NCBI GenBank assembly: GCA_963706325.1
Contig: CAVPLT010000004.1
Span: 64,001-128,000 of the forward strand
Direction of reading: 5' to 3'
DNA: 64,000 nucleotides
Source of the DNA: an uncultured Nitrospiraceae bacterium
Lineage (GTDB): Bacteria > Nitrospirota > Nitrospiria > Nitrospirales > Nitrospiraceae
Position numbers and translations under genes: made by a program. Shown here piece after piece: positions 59,957 through 64,000 of this stretch. The stretch's first letter is position 1; every line of letters starts with the position of its first letter. The notes under the pieces are model-generated. The model was not told where the DNA came from, ran no database searches, and saw nothing but the letters and a program-made list of their open reading frames with translations.

Positions 59957-61654
59957 TCATTGGGTGTGGTGAGGATAGGTGGTTTTAAGCGCTGCAATCG
60001 TACTAGCTAGCAGGGCAGGTCCTTTCGCTACTTGGTCAGTTCCGCCGAGTTGATCGTACTCTTTCTTTACGAGAGCGAGACTTTGTTCAATACGAGCGTT
60101 GTCGAGTTTCGACAAGTCCAGCTTAGCGAGATCCTCTCGCGTTGGTTCCGCTTTTCTAGCCAAGCTCGCAATCACATGCATGGCCACGTAGAACCTCAAA
60201 TTATTCCGGTCTTTTGTGACAAGGCCGCTTGAAGATGACTTCAAAAACTCCTCGACGCGTCTCATTGCCTCTGCGCATGTGTAATACAAGTGAATCGGAT
60301 AGTTATCGCTATACAATTTATCGTAGTCCTCATTCTTCTTTAGAAGCGAAGAGGGGCGCGCTCGCGCAGTATCAGGACGCTGAAGCAGGATAGCCATTAC
60401 TGCCTGTGCTAGATGCGGGATGCCGACGATTTTATCGCGAGACTTTCCCTCATTCTTATAGGAATTTTTGCGTCTGTCATAGAACAGCCCTTTCGGTCTG
60501 AAGAACTCTTCAATATCTCGGTGGATTTTATCGGTAGCCCGGAGAGATGCCTGCTGAACTGCCGTTTGGCTATTAGTGGCCTTAATGATCCGATCCCGAC
60601 TCTCTTGTTCCGTCGGAACGATTATGCGTACAAGAATTTTTCTATTGTCGGACTCAGTATTGCACTTTTTGCAGTAGTTAAAAATCTCCGTGGAAGTCTG
60701 GAGACCGTTCACTACCTGTGGATCCTCTATCGTGAGAGCTTTGCCGCTTTGCGATGCTTTTATTGCGATTATGGTGATGCCGTTATTAAGCCACCAAAAA
60801 TCCTCAGAGTGCCGCTCTTGGAGGGATTGCTGGATTTCATCATTTACTTCAGTTCGTCCTTGGTAGTCTCTTACATTCGCTTCAAAAATTTGGCGTCGGA
60901 GTGCCCCTGTGGTGTCGCTTATGAATGTGAAATAGTCACGGACCCGAACCAGGCATACAAAACCAACTTGGCCTTCGGATGAAATAGGATTTTCGGCCAG
61001 AGGAAGGGTGTAAGTCGTCTGCGGAGCTCGCCGTGCGAGCGAGAGAAGTTCAGATGCGCCTAGAAAGTTGAAAGCGAATTCGGCAGAAGGGAAATGCTTG
61101 TGGATAATGGCTTCCAGCTTCTCGACTTTTCGTTGGACATTGTTCTCAGGTCGCTCGCCTTTGCAGACGTAGAAGAACGAAACCCTCAAGGTGGGGAACT
61201 TTGCCGCTAATTGCTGGTGGACTAAGCGAAAGGCGCTAATCGCTTCAACGAGCGACTCGTTATACACTTTCATGAAGGAGCTTGTAGCCTTTGATAGGTC
61301 GAATATGTCGTCGCTGGCTGTAATAAATCGTTCGACAGGCGTTTCTTGAAATCCGGAACTCGTCTTCGCCTGAATTACAATGACATCAAGAATTATATTC
61401 TTTTTTAAGCGATTGTAATCGGGCTCCTCTTGGACAAGTTCCCCATTAACGAAAAGATAGATTGCGTCTATGCCACCATCCCCATTGGCTCCCACAAGCC
61501 CCGACTCGATTTCGTCATAAGAAAGATCAAAGTCCTTTAAAACTTGTTCGGATGTAAAGAGTTCAAAGAATTCTGAGGGAGTTGTTCCAGGATCGATTTC
61601 TGCCTGTCTTTGTTTCAAGATTTCATCAAGAATGATTCTGTCATTTGACGCCAT
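59957..61654 (-). CDS. AIPR family (abortive infection phage resistance) protein
   Basis: DGGIDAIY, IQAK, IFEANVRDYQG, FWWLNNGITI, QVVNGLQTS, ATNSQT; AT-richer than neighbours. Confidence 0.85.
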   Translation of the reverse strand: MASNDRIILDEILKQRQAEIDPGTTPSEFFELFTSEQVLKDFDLSYDEIESGLVGANGDGGIDAIYLFVNGELVQEEPDYNRLKKNIILDVIVIQAKTSSGFQETPVERFITASDDIFDLSKATSSFMKVYNESLVEAISAFRLVHQQLAAKFPTLRVSFFYVCKGERPENNVQRKVEKLEAIIHKHFPSAEFAFNFLGASELLSLARRAPQTTYTLPLAENPISSEGQVGFVCLVRVRDYFTFISDTTGALRRQIFEANVRDYQGRTEVNDEIQQSLQERHSEDFWWLNNGITIIAIKASQSGKALTIEDPQVVNGLQTSTEIFNYCKKCNTESDNRKILVRIIVPTEQESRDRIIKATNSQTAVQQASLRATDKIHRDIEEFFRPKGLFYDRRKNSYKNEGKSRDKIVGIPHLAQAVMAILLQRPDTARARPSSLLKKNEDYDKLYSDNYPIHLYYTCAEAMRRVEEFLKSSSSGLVTKDRNNLRFYVAMHVIASLARKAEPTREDLAKLDLSKLDNARIEQSLALVKKEYDQLGGTDQVAKGPALLASTIAALKTTYPHHTQ

Positions 61655-61700
61655 CACGTTCTCCACACAAGTAATAAAGTGAGCTATCGAAGTCTCTAAA

Positions 61701-63976
61701 TCACAGCTTCCCAAACGTCCTCTCAAAAAACTCTTTCGTCAACTTCATGTGCTCCTCGATATCCGTCTGCAGATGCCTGGCGCCTGCTTGCCAATCATCG
61801 GTCGTGTAGCCGACGCGGCGGGCGAGGAAGATGAACTCGTCTGAGTCTGACGGCGGAAGCACAAGATCCTTGGCGTTGCCCCGCACCATGCGCAGTCCAT
61901 CGATCAAATTGCGAATGAAGAGATAGGCCTTCCGCAAGTGTTCGCCGTCCTGCCTTGCCACAATTCCGCCTTCAACCAGCCCTGAGAGCGCCTGCATACT
62001 GTTGGGCGTACGAAGCACTGGATGCTTGTGACCGTGCATGACTTGGAGGTACTGGATGGCATACTCGATGTCGACGAGCCCGCCGGCGCTGTGTTTCACA
62101 TTCACGGTGCCTGGTTCGACAAGCTGTTTCAATTGTTGCCGCCGGAGGTCGAGGGCGATATCGAGATCCCAAGGCCCGCCGCCGTACACGTATCGATCTC
62201 GGTGAGCTTCGACCTGTTTCCCCAGCGCGGCGTCTCCGGCGACGGAGCGCAGTTTGATCATGGCCTGTCGTTCGAAGGGTGCGGCCAAACCGGTGGGGCT
62301 GTAGTAGCTGACGATCTCCTCCAATGGATTGGTGAGGGAACCCTTGCCGCCATGGGGGCGCAGGCGAATGTCGAGGTGGAAGATGCCTTCCTGCTTGGCC
62401 TCGATGCCTTGCAGGAGTTCTTGCGCGAGCCGCTCAAAATATTCGCTGTTTTCTATGCCCTGTTTCCCGTTGGTGCGCCCCATGCCGCCGTAGACGAAGA
62501 GCACTTCGATGTCCGAAGCATACCCGAGCTCACGGCCTCCGAACTTGCCCATGCCGAGCACTGCAAAGAGACAGGGTTTCTTGGTTGCAAGTTGCGGTGC
62601 GCCGTATTGTTTTTTCAGCTTGGCCTGGCAGTCTCGCAGGCTGCGCTCGACGATGACTTCTGCCAGTTCCGTCAACGCTTCTGAGAAATCGGCGAGGCTT
62701 GCGGCGTCGACCATATGCTTCATATCGATCCGAAAGAGTTCCTGGTCCTTGAATCGATTCAACGTTTCTTTGCGCGCCTCCTCCGTTTTTGCTTTGGCCA
62801 TCAGGCGGTCGAGCTCCTTGCGCAGCGCCGCTTGCGGCTTGATCAGCGGGGCGTCGCGGTAGTCCTTCAGGAGCGGCAATAGATTGCCGTGCTGGCGGCG
62901 AAGAAAGTCTTCCCACAGAAAGTCGCTGGTTCCGAGTAGGCGAGCAAGGATGGGAAAGGTTTTCTTGTCGCTGAGAAACGAAAGGGCCTGTTGCTGGGCC
63001 TTGCCTTTCGTGTCCTGCACGGTCAGGTCGAGAAACTGGTCGAAGGCCTCCAGCGCCTTGGCCGGGTCCGGCGCCCAGGTCAGGGCATGGGTGAATTGTT
63101 TGATGAGCACAGCGGTGAGGCGCAGCTGTTGTTGATCGACGGGATCGGTCAGCTTCTGGCCGTGACGATTGCGGACATAGAAACGGTCATGCAGCTTGCC
63201 GCCCTCGATCGAGAATTGTGCTTTGGCAATGTAGATGTTCCGCATCGCCAAGGCGTTGGCGAAGGCGTAGAGAAACGCAGGAGTATCATCCGACTGGATA
63301 TCCATGACGGTATCGGTCGGAGATTGGCTATTGTCGAAGGTGATCTGAACGGTGTGAAGGAGTCCGCTGAACGAACTGCGGCGTTTTCCGAGGTACTCGA
63401 CGAGTTGCCGGTTCACGGCTTGACGGGCTTCGTCGAACTGGTTCGGCATCCAGGAGCGTAATCATCTGCGTGAGTTCGGCGACTAGTCGGCTGCGATCGT
63501 CTGAATCGAATGTCGCACCGCGCACGGGTTGCACGCGAAAGACATCGACGATTTTTTTGCGGCTCAGGCCCGGGCGGATCTTTCGGGCGCGCGCGCGGGC
63601 TGTCCGTCCATGAGGGGCGCGCGGCAGCGGAGGAAGTTCCCTCGATAAATGTGTAGATCTGACCTTCTTCGATGTTCAACCCGAAGGCGGAGAGGAGGCC
63701 GCAGATCGTGGCAAATTCTGAAAAGTAGTCATAGGCGACGATGGTGATGGTGCAGTGATCGCCGGTGGTATCCTCGATGGACAGTTCGCAGGGGTGGTCC
63801 GGCGAGAGCGTGGCCGCCTGCTTGATGTGGGCTGCGAGAGTCTTCGGAGGGAATGCCGTGAAATAGTCCGGGTCCATCCGCGTGACGAAGTCTTGCAGAA
63901 TGTCGCTGGGCACGCCATGGCAGAGCGGCGTCAGGGTGGCGAGGATCTGGTCTCGGTCGGCGTCAGCTGGCGGCAT
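61701..63976 (-). CDS. glnE: Glutamine synthetase adenylyltransferase-like protein with an N-terminal ACT pair; two frameshifts (about 63578 and 63444)
   Basis: LGMGKFGGRELGYASDIE, DIRLRPHG, FERQA, NVKHSAGGLVDIEY; three frames join as ..RPK/RPGLSRKKIVDVF..LLDA/NQFDEAR. Confidence 0.85.
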
Positions 63977-64000
63977 GATTTCTCGGGAGTATACCCGAAG

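Overview
This window looks like Nitrospira (inferred from gene content and order; a canonical nitrite-oxidiser type, since it carries cyanase plus ferredoxin-nitrite reductase). 1-18 kb: the fusA-tuf-S10-spc-alpha ribosomal cluster. 18-23 kb: lptCAB-rpoN-hpf-rapZ. 23-31 kb: a small MerR-type HTH gene, pilMNOPQ, aroB and a GAF-GAF-ANTAR regulator. 32-64 kb: a nitrogen-acquisition supercluster made of porin-urtABCDE-ureABCFGD; nadE-(decayed outer-membrane protein gene)-amtB-PII-glnD-glnA; FNT-cynS-nirA; a CBS protein; an AIPR defence gene; and an ACT-fused glnE. The main signal is non-coding. Each of the three nitrogen operons starts with the same promoter shape (TTGACR-N18-TATACA). Each is followed by paired hexaloop hairpins (loop A1..G4; core GGAC-AAYGAC-GTCC) whose second hairpin overlaps an intrinsic terminator. 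This is the ANTAR antitermination architecture, and the likely cognate GAF-GAF-ANTAR protein is encoded beside it. The FNT-cynS-nirA leader has two such attenuators in tandem. Together these suggest an RNA-level nitrogen regulon. Also seen: three copies of a ~120-bp palindromic intergenic repeat with covarying ends, two pseudogenes, and frameshifts in urtB, urtE and glnE that may be assembly errors. I recognised no rRNA, tRNA, CRISPR array or transposase.
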